DNA of 64,000 nucleotides from Bacteroidales bacterium (lineage in GTDB: Bacteria > Bacteroidota > Bacteroidia > Bacteroidales > ML635J-15): NCBI GenBank assembly GCA_035343375.1, contig DAOQYW010000010.1:2236-66235 (forward strand). The letters are read 5' to 3'. Positions 38,638-47,667 of this stretch are shown here, in pieces. A program made the translations under genes and the position numbers. The notes below the pieces were generated by a model that saw only the letters and a program-made list of their open reading frames with translations, was not told the origin of the DNA and did not search any database. Position 1 is the stretch's first letter, and every line of letters begins with the position of its first letter.

Positions 38638-39564
38638 ATGAAATTTACAATTCGATCACTTAATATTTCGGAAAAGAAAGGAGAATTGAAGATTCCGGTT
38701 CCTGAGATAGAAATAGATATGCAGGGTATTACTACAGATGCTCATAGGGGAGATTGGCATCGTCAGGTAAGTTTTCTTGCGAAAGAAGATATTGATGATT
38801 TTGCTCAAAAGTTTAAACATGAGTTTAAATTCGGCGATTTTGCTGAAAATATTACTACCGAAGGCATTAATTATAGGCTGGTTAAAATTCTGGATATTTT
38901 TGAAAATGAAAATATTGAGTTGATGATAACACAAAAAGGTAAAAAATGTCATGGTGGTGGTTGTGCTGTATTTGAACAGGTTGGTCATTGTGTTATGCCA
39001 AAAGAAGGAATTTTTACTCAAGTCGTTCGTCCCGGTAAATTGAAAATCGGCGATACATTGAACTACAGACCGAAAGTTTTTAAAATTGCAGTTATTACAC
39101 TGAGTGACAGAGCTAGCCGTGGCGAATATGAAGACTTAAGCGGACCTGCAATTGAAAAATCAGTTAGTGAGTTTTTTGCAGGAATTGATAGAAAATGTGA
39201 AATCGAAAAAATTATTATTCCTGATAATAGCAAACAACTTAAGGATTTGATCAAGAGCTTAAATAAAAATTGTGATGTTATTTTTACTACAGGTGGAACA
39301 GGAATCGGCGAAAAAGACATAACCATCGAAACAATTAGTCCGATGTTGACTAAGCGAGTACCCGGTATTATGGAAATGGTTCGTATTAAATACGGTCAGC
39401 AAAATCCAAATGCTTTGGTAAGCCGCAGTGTGGCAGGTACTATAGGAAAAACTCTCATTTTTTGCTTGCCCGGTAGTCCAAAAGCTGTAAATGAATATAT
39501 GATAGAAATAAATACCGTCCTTGAACATATGATTTATATGGTTTATAATTTTGATAACCATTAG
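38638..39564 (+). CDS. MOSC domain fused to MogA/MoaB-type molybdopterin adenylyltransferase domain
   Basis: The N-terminal MOSC domain carries GDFAENITTEG and KKCHGGGC. The C-terminal MogA-like domain carries IAVITLSDRASRGEYEDLSG and FTTGGTGIGEKDIT. Confidence 0.8.
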   Translation: MKFTIRSLNISEKKGELKIPVPEIEIDMQGITTDAHRGDWHRQVSFLAKEDIDDFAQKFKHEFKFGDFAENITTEGINYRLVKILDIFENENIELMITQKGKKCHGGGCAVFEQVGHCVMPKEGIFTQVVRPGKLKIGDTLNYRPKVFKIAVITLSDRASRGEYEDLSGPAIEKSVSEFFAGIDRKCEIEKIIIPDNSKQLKDLIKSLNKNCDVIFTTGGTGIGEKDITIETISPMLTKRVPGIMEMVRIKYGQQNPNALVSRSVAGTIGKTLIFCLPGSPKAVNEYMIEINTVLEHMIYMVYNFDNH

Positions 39565-39626
39565 GAAGTGCCTAGAGTGCCTAGAGTGCCTAAAGTGTCT
39601 AGAGTGTCTAGAGTGCCTGGAGTTCC
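39564..39626 (+). repeat. Seven tandem 9-nt units (consensus TAGAGTGCC)
   Basis: The units read GGAAGTGCC, TAGAGTGCC, TAGAGTGCC, TAAAGTGTC, TAGAGTGTC, TAGAGTGCC, TGGAGTTCC, and begin at the last base of the preceding stop codon. Confidence 0.9.
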
Positions 39627-39661
39627 GAAGAATCAAAAATCTAGATTTTTGTTATTCTTCG
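39626..39661. terminator. Long palindromic hairpin (possible terminator or protein-binding site)
   Basis: CGAAGAAT-CAAAAATCTAGATTTTTG-(TT)-ATTCTTCG has an 18-nt perfect central palindrome plus an 8-bp outer stem. There is no clear U tract. Confidence 0.3.
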
Positions 39662-40019
39662 TGCCCCGTAAACGAGGGTTTAGAAAAATCCTCGAAAAAA
39701 TATAAAATTGCTTTGTCGCAATTATATTTAACGAGGGTTTAAAAAAGAAAAATTAGAATTTGCTTTCTTAGTTTAAGCAATTTCTGTTTTTTCGGGATGT
39801 TTGGAGTGCTTTGTTTCTGCTTGAATTTGACGATTGCTATTTTTTTTTTCAAAGTAAAACCTAATCCTAGCAAAAATTTAAGCACAAATTGCGTACAAAA
39901 AAAATGTCTCGGAGTTACAGCCTAATCAAATAATTTTTGTGTCGTTGCTTTAAATATTTTTAATTTTTATTTGTTTTATAATTCGTTTTGCATAATTTTG
40001 CAACTCGAAATTAAGTTTT

Positions 40020-40970
40020 ATGAAATATTTGCTTAAAGCGTTCATTTATATTTTACTCTTTTTAGCTACCATTGCTTGTGGCAATAAGAAAGAAGGTGAT
40101 AATAAAATCACTGTTTTTCATGCAGGAAGCTTATCTGTTCCGTTTAAAAAGATAGCGGAAGAATTTAAAAAAGAAAATCCCGGTTTTGAAATTTTTGCAG
40201 AATCATCAGGTAGTCTTGACGCTGCACGTAAGATAACCGATCTTAATAAAGAATGTGATATTCTCGCAGTTGCAGACTTTTTGGTAATAGATAAATTAAT
40301 GATACCAAAATTTGCTTCATGGAATTTTGTGTTTGCCTCAAATGAGATGATTATTGCTTATACTGATAAATCTAATTATGCATCTGAAATAAACTCAAAA
40401 AATTGGCAAAATATCCTCTTAAACGAAAATGTAATTATAGGACGTTCCGAACCAAATGCAGACCCTTGTGGTTACAGAGCTGTTTTTGTGTTTCAACTTG
40501 CAGAGAAATTTCTTAAATCTGATAATCTTGCAAATAAATTAATTTTTATGCAGAATACAGTTATCAGACCTAAAGAAGTGGACTTGGTAGCTTTATTGGA
40601 AACCGGAAATATAGATTATCTGATGATTTACAAATCAGTCGCTTTGCAACATAATTTGAAGTTTGTTGAACTGCCTGATGAAATAAATCTAAGTAATCCT
40701 GAATACGAGACCTTATATAATACCGTTAGTATGAAAGTTAATGGGGCTGAACCGGGTCAGGAAACTGAGATTTTTGGTTCATCAATTTTGTATAGCTTTA
40801 CAATTCCCCTAAATTCTAAAAATCCTGAAGCTGCACTAAAATTTGCTTTATTTCTTACCAATCCCGACAAGGGTGGTAAAATCCTTAGCGAAATGGGTAT
40901 GGGGATTGTAAATTATTGCAGTAAAAGTTATAGAGATAAATTACCTAAAGAACTAGTTGAATTATTATAA
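40020..40970 (+). CDS. wtpA: WtpA-type tungstate/molybdate ABC transporter substrate-binding lipoprotein
   Basis: A lipoprotein signal (ATIAC) is present. The VFHAGSLSVPFKKIAEEF motif is typical of the WtpA subfamily, and NADPCGYR is also present. Confidence 0.7.
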   Translation: MKYLLKAFIYILLFLATIACGNKKEGDNKITVFHAGSLSVPFKKIAEEFKKENPGFEIFAESSGSLDAARKITDLNKECDILAVADFLVIDKLMIPKFASWNFVFASNEMIIAYTDKSNYASEINSKNWQNILLNENVIIGRSEPNADPCGYRAVFVFQLAEKFLKSDNLANKLIFMQNTVIRPKEVDLVALLETGNIDYLMIYKSVALQHNLKFVELPDEINLSNPEYETLYNTVSMKVNGAEPGQETEIFGSSILYSFTIPLNSKNPEAALKFALFLTNPDKGGKILSEMGMGIVNYCSKSYRDKLPKELVELL

Positions 40971-40997
40971 ATTTTGATAATATTTAAATTTGATAAG

Positions 40998-41954
40998 ATG
41001 TTGATATATAGCGAATTGCGAAAATTTTCAGGTCGGGTTACGATTACAATTGTATTTGTATTTTTTGGCTTTTTATTCTTGTTTAATTCTTGTAAACCCG
41101 ATCCGGAACCATTAAAACCTACAATAGAACTTGTTTTTGATGGCGATGTTACGCAGGATGGCGATATCGTTGCTATTGGTGCTCCTTTAAAGTTTCATAT
41201 TGTTGTTGAAGGACAGGAAGCAAATATTACAAATTTTACCATTAAAAAAGTCTATAACGGAATAACCAAGACCGTTATGGATTCAGGGTTGAACTCTGCC
41301 GGTTTTACATTAAATAAGACTTTTTATCAAAGTGTAGAGGATGAAGTTGTTTGGACTTTTGCAGTTCAGGATAGAAACTTGAATAAAGCTGAAATATCTA
41401 TGACAATTTATAAAGATCCTAATTCTCAGTTTGGCGGAATTCTAGAATTTCCGTCAATTACACTGGGTTATCAGGAAAACTCCTCAATAGAGAATTTCTT
41501 TTTACCATTTTTAGACGAAACATATTTTCAGGATTCTGCTAGTTTATATCAGGATATGGTTGATGTGCTGGTATATTTCAATTATCGTGAAGATAACGGA
41601 GTAGAGTTGCCTTCACCGACTTTTTCGTCCCCGGGAGAAGAAACTGCTGCAAATACTGAATTATATACAGAGTATTATCCGTTCCTTGTTGACTGGACGA
41701 CCAGAAATTACACTAAATATGATATTCGCGCAGATAATGGTGTCAGTGCCGAAGATTTTGATGAAGCTCATAACGACAGTTTATTAATTGTTTCCTACGA
41801 TGATGTCTGGGGAAAGAAGAAATACAAGTGGGCAAATGCAGGAATAATAATTCCATTTCAGACTGCCTCCGGCAAAAAGGGAATTATCAAAGTTCTTGAT
41901 GCAGAACATGTAGAAACAGGAAAGATTACATTTTCAATGAAAATTCAGATGTAA
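40998..41954 (+). CDS. Hypothetical lipoprotein
   Basis: The ORF track starts at TTG 40974, and I prefer ATG 40998. There is a hydrophobic leader ending FNSC, followed by acidic/proline residues (CKPDPEP). I recognised no family. Confidence 0.5.
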   Translation: MLIYSELRKFSGRVTITIVFVFFGFLFLFNSCKPDPEPLKPTIELVFDGDVTQDGDIVAIGAPLKFHIVVEGQEANITNFTIKKVYNGITKTVMDSGLNSAGFTLNKTFYQSVEDEVVWTFAVQDRNLNKAEISMTIYKDPNSQFGGILEFPSITLGYQENSSIENFFLPFLDETYFQDSASLYQDMVDVLVYFNYREDNGVELPSPTFSSPGEETAANTELYTEYYPFLVDWTTRNYTKYDIRADNGVSAEDFDEAHNDSLLIVSYDDVWGKKKYKWANAGIIIPFQTASGKKGIIKVLDAEHVETGKITFSMKIQM

Positions 41955-42038
41955 TATCTTTTAAACGTGGGTAATTTCATGAAATTTTTTATTGATTAAA
42001 ATTTAGATAAATTATTATTAACTTAAACAAACAGAATT

Positions 42039-43445
42039 ATGAAAAAACATTTACTTTTAATTTTAACAATTGCTTTATTGTGTGTTAACGGATTAAATGC
42101 ACAGCAAGAAATAATGATTGGCTTTACTTTTCCGGATAACACAGCAGAAGAATTTACACCAGATCAGGGGTTAAGTGGAAATCTTACTTATGATTTACGA
42201 GCTGAAAGTTTAACAGTGGATCCTAGGGATCTTACCTTTACAGAAGGAGCAACAACTTATGCAGCAAGCGTGGATGGTTGGGATGCAGGTGCAAATGATA
42301 AGTTTTGGTCTATTAAATTTAAAGCTAACGGATATCAGAATTTTAAAGTATCTTCAAAAATGTATTCTGATGCAACCGGACCAAAAGAATTTAAATTACA
42401 GTGGAAAATGAGCGGTGGCGATTGGGCTGATGTTACAAATGGAACAATTACAGTTGCTTCTGATTGGACAACAGGTGTGTTAACAGATTTAATTTTACCT
42501 ACAGACTTGAACGACCCGGGTTCTACCTCAATTTCTTTAAGATGGATCATGACTTCAAATACTTCTGTTAATGGTGGCACTGTTGAAGCAACAGGAATTT
42601 CTAAAATTGATGATATAATTGTTTATGGCTCACCCGTTCCGGAACCTGTTACAATTATAGGCTTTGATTTTGCTGATGACACAGATACTGAATTTAATGC
42701 AGATTCAGGTATAGAAGCAAATTTGGGTTATGATATACGTGCCGAAAATGGTGCAGCACAAACAACCAGAACACTAACATACACAGAAGGAACAACTGAT
42801 TTTGCTGCAACTGCTTCAGAATGGGATAATGGTGCAGATGATAAATTTTGGTCTATAAAATTTAAAGCTGACGGATTTAGCCAGATGGCTGTTTCATCAA
42901 AGCAATATTCTGATGCTACAGGTCCTAAAAACTTTAAATTGCAATGGAAAATCAGCGGTGGCGAATATGCTGATGTTGCTGATGGGAACATTGCTTTAGC
43001 AACAGATTGGACGACAGGTATTGTTGAAGAATTAGCTCTCCCAACCGAAATGGAAGGTCAGGGATCATCTTCACTGTATATTCGTTGGATCATGACTGAC
43101 AATGTAAGCGTTTCTGATGGAACTGTTGATGCTGTAGGTATTTCAAAAATTGACGATATCGTTGTTGAAGGAATTGCCCCTAGTGGAATAGTAACAGAAT
43201 TATACAATTCCGAAATTATGATATATCCTAACCCTTGTGATGATTATTTTACTCTTGAAACAACTAATGATGTTAACAGAGTGGAAATTTATAACATACA
43301 GGGAGCTTTGGTTTATAGTTTGGATGAGAATTTTACCGGAAGTATAATCATCAATACTGTAGATTTTAGTTCGGGTATGTACTTTGTTAAACTTTATTCA
43401 GAAGATACAAAAGTTCCGTCATCAAAGAAGTTAATAGTTAATTAG
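42039..43445 (+). CDS. Secreted protein with two tandem ~175-aa domains and T9SS C-terminal sorting domain
   Basis: A signal peptide is present. The internal repeat covers aa 25-197 and aa 205-378 (DKFWSIKFKA.G...SDATGPK.FKLQWK.SGG...ISKIDDI.V.G). The C-terminal IYPNPCDDYFTLE... is a sorting domain. Confidence 0.6.
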   Translation: MKKHLLLILTIALLCVNGLNAQQEIMIGFTFPDNTAEEFTPDQGLSGNLTYDLRAESLTVDPRDLTFTEGATTYAASVDGWDAGANDKFWSIKFKANGYQNFKVSSKMYSDATGPKEFKLQWKMSGGDWADVTNGTITVASDWTTGVLTDLILPTDLNDPGSTSISLRWIMTSNTSVNGGTVEATGISKIDDIIVYGSPVPEPVTIIGFDFADDTDTEFNADSGIEANLGYDIRAENGAAQTTRTLTYTEGTTDFAATASEWDNGADDKFWSIKFKADGFSQMAVSSKQYSDATGPKNFKLQWKISGGEYADVADGNIALATDWTTGIVEELALPTEMEGQGSSSLYIRWIMTDNVSVSDGTVDAVGISKIDDIVVEGIAPSGIVTELYNSEIMIYPNPCDDYFTLETTNDVNRVEIYNIQGALVYSLDENFTGSIIINTVDFSSGMYFVKLYSEDTKVPSSKKLIVN

Positions 43446-43535
43446 TTCAATTTGTTTTCTGTTGTTAATCCCGGGAATAATAGCGATGTTGTCCTGCAAA
43501 GCTTGAGTTTCCGGGTTTATTTTTATTTTTGAAAC

Positions 43536-45875
43536 ATGAAGTGGATTTTGTTTGGTTGTTTTTTGTTGTTGTTGGGATTATTCAGTCAGGCTCAAAAAGT
43601 TTCTGGATATGTTAGAGATCCTGACAATAATGGAATTCCTGATGTCAATATTCTTGTGTCAGAAACAGGTGTGGGAACTATAACTGATAAAAATGGATTT
43701 TTTATTATTGAAAATCTGCAACATGGAAGATATAATCTTAAATTTATTTGTCTTGGTTATAAAACTGAATCTAAAGATATTCATCTGCAGAAAAACTCTG
43801 ACCTGGAATTGAATATTGTTTTAAAAAGTGATGTCTATATAACTGATGAAATAGTCATACAGGCAGATAAAGACATTGAAGAGACTGTTTTGGATATTCC
43901 AGTTCGTAGTAAAACTTTTACAATTCAGGAAATTAACAGTACTCCAGCCATTTCGACATATAAAATACTCGAAGGTATTTCGGGTGTAAATGTGAGTTCC
44001 GAAGCAGGAATGTTTTCCTCTACTGATGTTACAATGCGTGGACTGGGTGGAAATACAAAAGGAGGTACTTTGGTAGTGCTGGACGGTTCTCCAATAAATA
44101 AATCGGATGCAGGTTCCGTAAACTGGAGTATGATTGATAAGGATAATATTTCAACAATAGAGGTAATTAAAGGTCCTGGCTCTGTAATTTTCGGCTCAAA
44201 TGCGATGGGAGGAATAATAAACATAGTAAGTCGCAAACCAAGTGAAAAATTTTCAGCCAATCTAAGCTCTTCTTATGGCACATATAATACATTTGACGGC
44301 AAATTACGTTTATCAGGGATAAATAGTCAGGAAAACCTGTACTGGAAAAGTTTTTTTTCATACAGAAACAGTGACGGCTATATAAATACTCCGGATGAAA
44401 TAATTCTTGAAAATGATTCAATTGTAGTTCCTGTCTTTCTCGAAGAATATATGATCAGTGGATTGGTTGGTTGTAATCTGAATGAAAAAAACTCGGTTGA
44501 ATTATCTGTAAATTATTTTGACGACACAAAAGGCAGGGGAACAAAAATTTATGAATTTGCCGGTGCAAATACACAACGAAATACTGTACATAGTTTTGCA
44601 AAATATCGTGGACAAATTAAAAGTGTCAAGCTGTTTGTTAACATTTTTACTCTTTTTGAGGACTATTTTCGTTTGAACGAATATTACAGTGATGGAGAGT
44701 ATGCCCTGTATGAAATAAATTCTGACCGTCTCGAAAACGGAGCAAAATTTTTATCGCAATATTTTTTAACCGAAAACATTGAAATTACTGCCGGAGCAGA
44801 ATATAAAAGAGGCTCAGTAAACGGATCGGATATTTATTATACTTCTACTGATAAGATAAAAAATAAGGGCAGTTCTAATATTTATTCAGGTTTTGCTCAG
44901 GTAAAAATAAAAATTCCGGAAACAAAATTTACATTTGTCCCCGGCGTCAGATACGATTATGCAGTATTTAATAATGCATCTTTTATTATCGAATATCCAT
45001 CGTATTCAATTGAGTATTTAAGTGAATTCCAATTTGAAATGACCGAACCTGTCCATTGGTCTTCTTTTAGTCCAAAATTTTCACTTGAATATGCATTTTC
45101 AGACAAAAATAAGTTATTCGCAACTGTCGCAAAAGGCTTTCGGGCTCCGGTACTTGACGATCTTTGCAGGTCAGATCAGGTTAAAACGGGATTTAGAGTA
45201 GCAAATCCCGAAATAAGTGCAGAATATTTGTACAGTTTCGAAATTGGTGGCGATTTTGAGTTATTCGAAGGATTTTATGCCGGTGTATCGGGATATTACA
45301 ATATAGGCAAAGATTTTATGTATCTTCTTAGTACAGGCGATTCAGTAAATATGGGATATACAATAGCACCAATTTATCAGACGGATAATATTGGAGAAGT
45401 GAATATTTATGGAGTAGAAACAGATTTGAGTTATTCATTTAACAAGTTGTTCAATGTTTTTGTAAATCATACATGGAATAGATCTGTGATTACCGAATTT
45501 ATTGTAAATCCTGAAGGAGCAGGAGTGGACCTAACCGGAAAATTTTTAACTGATATTCCTGACCATAAAATTTCAGGAGGTGTTGCATTTTTTAATAAGA
45601 TTATAAATGTCTCATCTTCAGCAAATTATACCGGAAAAAGATGGATAAAGGATGATAACTCAATAGAAACAAGTTATTTTTTAACAGATAAATATCCCTC
45701 TTATACAACTTTCGATTTGAAATTGTGGAGGTCATATCGCAATTTCGATTTTAGTATAACTATAGATAATATTCTTAATAAAATTTATACAAATTCTAAA
45801 GGATATAAATGTCCGGGAAGAATGATAATTTTTGAAGTGAAGTTTAATTTAAAATACGATAAAGATGAAAATTAA
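43536..45875 (+). CDS. TonB-dependent receptor with N-terminal carboxypeptidase-regulatory-like domain
   Basis: The CarboxypepD_reg-like N-terminus reads VSGYVRD...GFFIIENLQHGRYNLK. The plug motif is IEVIKGPGSVIFGSNAMGGIINIVSRKP. A long beta-barrel region follows. Confidence 0.85.
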   Translation: MKWILFGCFLLLLGLFSQAQKVSGYVRDPDNNGIPDVNILVSETGVGTITDKNGFFIIENLQHGRYNLKFICLGYKTESKDIHLQKNSDLELNIVLKSDVYITDEIVIQADKDIEETVLDIPVRSKTFTIQEINSTPAISTYKILEGISGVNVSSEAGMFSSTDVTMRGLGGNTKGGTLVVLDGSPINKSDAGSVNWSMIDKDNISTIEVIKGPGSVIFGSNAMGGIINIVSRKPSEKFSANLSSSYGTYNTFDGKLRLSGINSQENLYWKSFFSYRNSDGYINTPDEIILENDSIVVPVFLEEYMISGLVGCNLNEKNSVELSVNYFDDTKGRGTKIYEFAGANTQRNTVHSFAKYRGQIKSVKLFVNIFTLFEDYFRLNEYYSDGEYALYEINSDRLENGAKFLSQYFLTENIEITAGAEYKRGSVNGSDIYYTSTDKIKNKGSSNIYSGFAQVKIKIPETKFTFVPGVRYDYAVFNNASFIIEYPSYSIEYLSEFQFEMTEPVHWSSFSPKFSLEYAFSDKNKLFATVAKGFRAPVLDDLCRSDQVKTGFRVANPEISAEYLYSFEIGGDFELFEGFYAGVSGYYNIGKDFMYLLSTGDSVNMGYTIAPIYQTDNIGEVNIYGVETDLSYSFNKLFNVFVNHTWNRSVITEFIVNPEGAGVDLTGKFLTDIPDHKISGGVAFFNKIINVSSSANYTGKRWIKDDNSIETSYFLTDKYPSYTTFDLKLWRSYRNFDFSITIDNILNKIYTNSKGYKCPGRMIIFEVKFNLKYDKDEN

Positions 45876-46920
45876 AAATTTATTATTACTGTTTGTTTTG
45901 ACAGGCATATTTCAACAGTCTTGTGTGGCACAGAATGTCAAAGTTGGTGAACCTCTTTTTGTTGATTCGGACAATAAAACGAATTGTTTTTTTGACAATT
46001 CTGAAATTTTCAAATTGGAAACTGTCGATATTTATGTTGGTGGTGAGGTGAAATCCCCTGGTATTGTCAGTTTTGAAAAATTACCATTACATGAAATTAT
46101 TGTCAAAGAAACTGTTATTGAAAACGGTGAAGATAAGTTTATTGGAGCTTTTCGCTATATAGGCTATTCACTCGCTGATATTCTTAATTTGTTTGAACTT
46201 GATAAGGCTAATGCTGAAGCATTTCCTCCACTTGTAGATATTTATGTTGAAATTGAAAATAATGACGGAGAAAAAGTTGTAATAAGCTGGGGTGAAATTT
46301 ATTACTCCAATAATCTTGATGATATTATTATTGCAACAGCAGTGGCACGAATAGTCCCGGAAAAAACACAGCAGATGTGGGAATTGCCCGAACAATCCAA
46401 ACTTGTTATTATGGATGATTTAATAACTGTCAGAAATATCAGCAGTCCGTCAAAAATAAGCGTAAAAACATATAAAAATGATGATATCGTAATAATTAAA
46501 GGAAAATCACCTGTATATTCTCCAATATTAAATATTATTATGAACAATGAAATAATAGTGACATTGGACGGAAATACCGATTTCCCTGACACAAAAACAG
46601 TTCATACAATATTCTATGGAAAGGGAAGAGGTTTACATGGCACTAAACCTACAGAGGGATTAAGTTTGAAGGATGTTTTAATGCCATACATCGGGTTTGA
46701 AGCAAAGACTTTGATGGACAAGTTGGTTGTAGTTGTTGCTGATGATGGATACCGAAATGTTTACACTTGGAGTGAAATATGTAATCGTAACGATCAGGCG
46801 GACATCTTATTGCTTTGCGATCCGGAGGCCACAGATAAAGGTATTTTCAGAGTGTATCCAAGCTGTGATTTTTTCTCTGATAGAGCAATTAAGGGAGTTG
46901 ACAGAATTATAATTAAGTAA
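45865..46920 (+). CDS. Exported protein with two tandem repeats resembling the YedY/MsrP-type (Oxidored_molyb) fold
   Basis: A signal peptide is present. The two halves share the pattern G(Y/L)SL(A/K)D(I/V)L ... (N/D)DG(E/Y) ... W(G/S)EI. The second half ends FRVYPSCDFFSDRAIKGVDRIII, like the Moco-domain C-terminus. The assignment is weak and pattern-based. Confidence 0.35.
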   Translation: MKIKNLLLLFVLTGIFQQSCVAQNVKVGEPLFVDSDNKTNCFFDNSEIFKLETVDIYVGGEVKSPGIVSFEKLPLHEIIVKETVIENGEDKFIGAFRYIGYSLADILNLFELDKANAEAFPPLVDIYVEIENNDGEKVVISWGEIYYSNNLDDIIIATAVARIVPEKTQQMWELPEQSKLVIMDDLITVRNISSPSKISVKTYKNDDIVIIKGKSPVYSPILNIIMNNEIIVTLDGNTDFPDTKTVHTIFYGKGRGLHGTKPTEGLSLKDVLMPYIGFEAKTLMDKLVVVVADDGYRNVYTWSEICNRNDQADILLLCDPEATDKGIFRVYPSCDFFSDRAIKGVDRIIIK

Positions 46921-46929
46921 TGAATCATT

Positions 46930-47667
46930 ATGACTGAAAATTTATCCTTATCACTTTTTTGTTGTACATTGTTTCTTTTGACCATCAATGTATTGTTGGC
47001 TATATTGAAAAAGAAGAAAATAAATCTGATTTTCGGATTTATCACTCTTTTAAGTGTATTGATTGCGGTTATTAATATTTATTTGCAATCAGGTCATTTA
47101 CCAATGTCAGGTACTTTCGAAAAAATGCAGAACATGGTTCTGATAATTGTTTTATTAGGTCTGATATATGAGTTTATAAACAGAAAAAAAGATATAAATG
47201 CTCCGGAATTCTGGATTATTGCTGTGATATTTCAGACCCTGGCTTTTTTTGATGAACTAAAAGTTGACCCGATGTTTTACATGTACGATAATATTTTCGT
47301 TGCCATGTTCTTTCAATTGAGACTGATATCAATTGCAGTGCTTTCTTTTTCAGTTTCTATGTATCTGACATCATTAAAATTGGAAACAGGTACTGATGAA
47401 AAGTCTTTTATGATGCATCATGCAGCAAATTTTACTCTTCTTGGGGCAATTTTATTTATTGCTGGTGAGTTTTCCGGTTCAATGTGGGCACAACTTGCTT
47501 ACGGAGATTCCTGGAGATGGAGTAAAAATTTCTTTACATCAGGTGCAATGTTCCTGCTGGCACTTTTAGGCTCTCACCTTGCTCCGTCATGGATAAAGAA
47601 TAAAAATGTACAGATTCTTCTTTCAATTATTCCATTGTTGATAATAATAATTCTATTCCTTACATAA
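46930..47667 (+). CDS. CcsA/CcmC-family (WWD-domain-like) integral membrane protein, divergent
   Basis: It is a multi-pass membrane protein. SGHLPMSGTFEK matches the CcsA GxxPxSNxYE region. WAQLAYGDSWRWSKNF aligns with the WAxxAWGxxWxWDPKE tryptophan-rich motif but is degenerate. Confidence 0.55.
   Translation: MTENLSLSLFCCTLFLLTINVLLAILKKKKINLIFGFITLLSVLIAVINIYLQSGHLPMSGTFEKMQNMVLIIVLLGLIYEFINRKKDINAPEFWIIAVIFQTLAFFDELKVDPMFYMYDNIFVAMFFQLRLISIAVLSFSVSMYLTSLKLETGTDEKSFMMHHAANFTLLGAILFIAGEFSGSMWAQLAYGDSWRWSKNFFTSGAMFLLALLGSHLAPSWIKNKNVQILLSIIPLLIIIILFLT

Noticed and set aside
39259-39742. Two listed ORFs translate to repetitive peptides: 39259..39636 on the minus strand (SRHSRHSRHFRH...) and 39551..39742 on the plus strand (ECLECLKCLECLECLEF).
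   Set aside because: Both are by-products of the 9-nt tandem repeat, which keeps every frame open. The minus-strand ORF also runs antisense through the well-supported MOSC-MogA gene.
39627-40019. Moco riboswitch upstream of wtpA, also considered upstream of moeA at 34628..34779.
   Set aside because: I could not find the conserved Moco-motif elements on the correct strand. The only CUCCGAG-like match (near 39908) is on the opposite strand, and the moeA leader is almost pure A/T. An Infernal scan with RF01055 would settle it.
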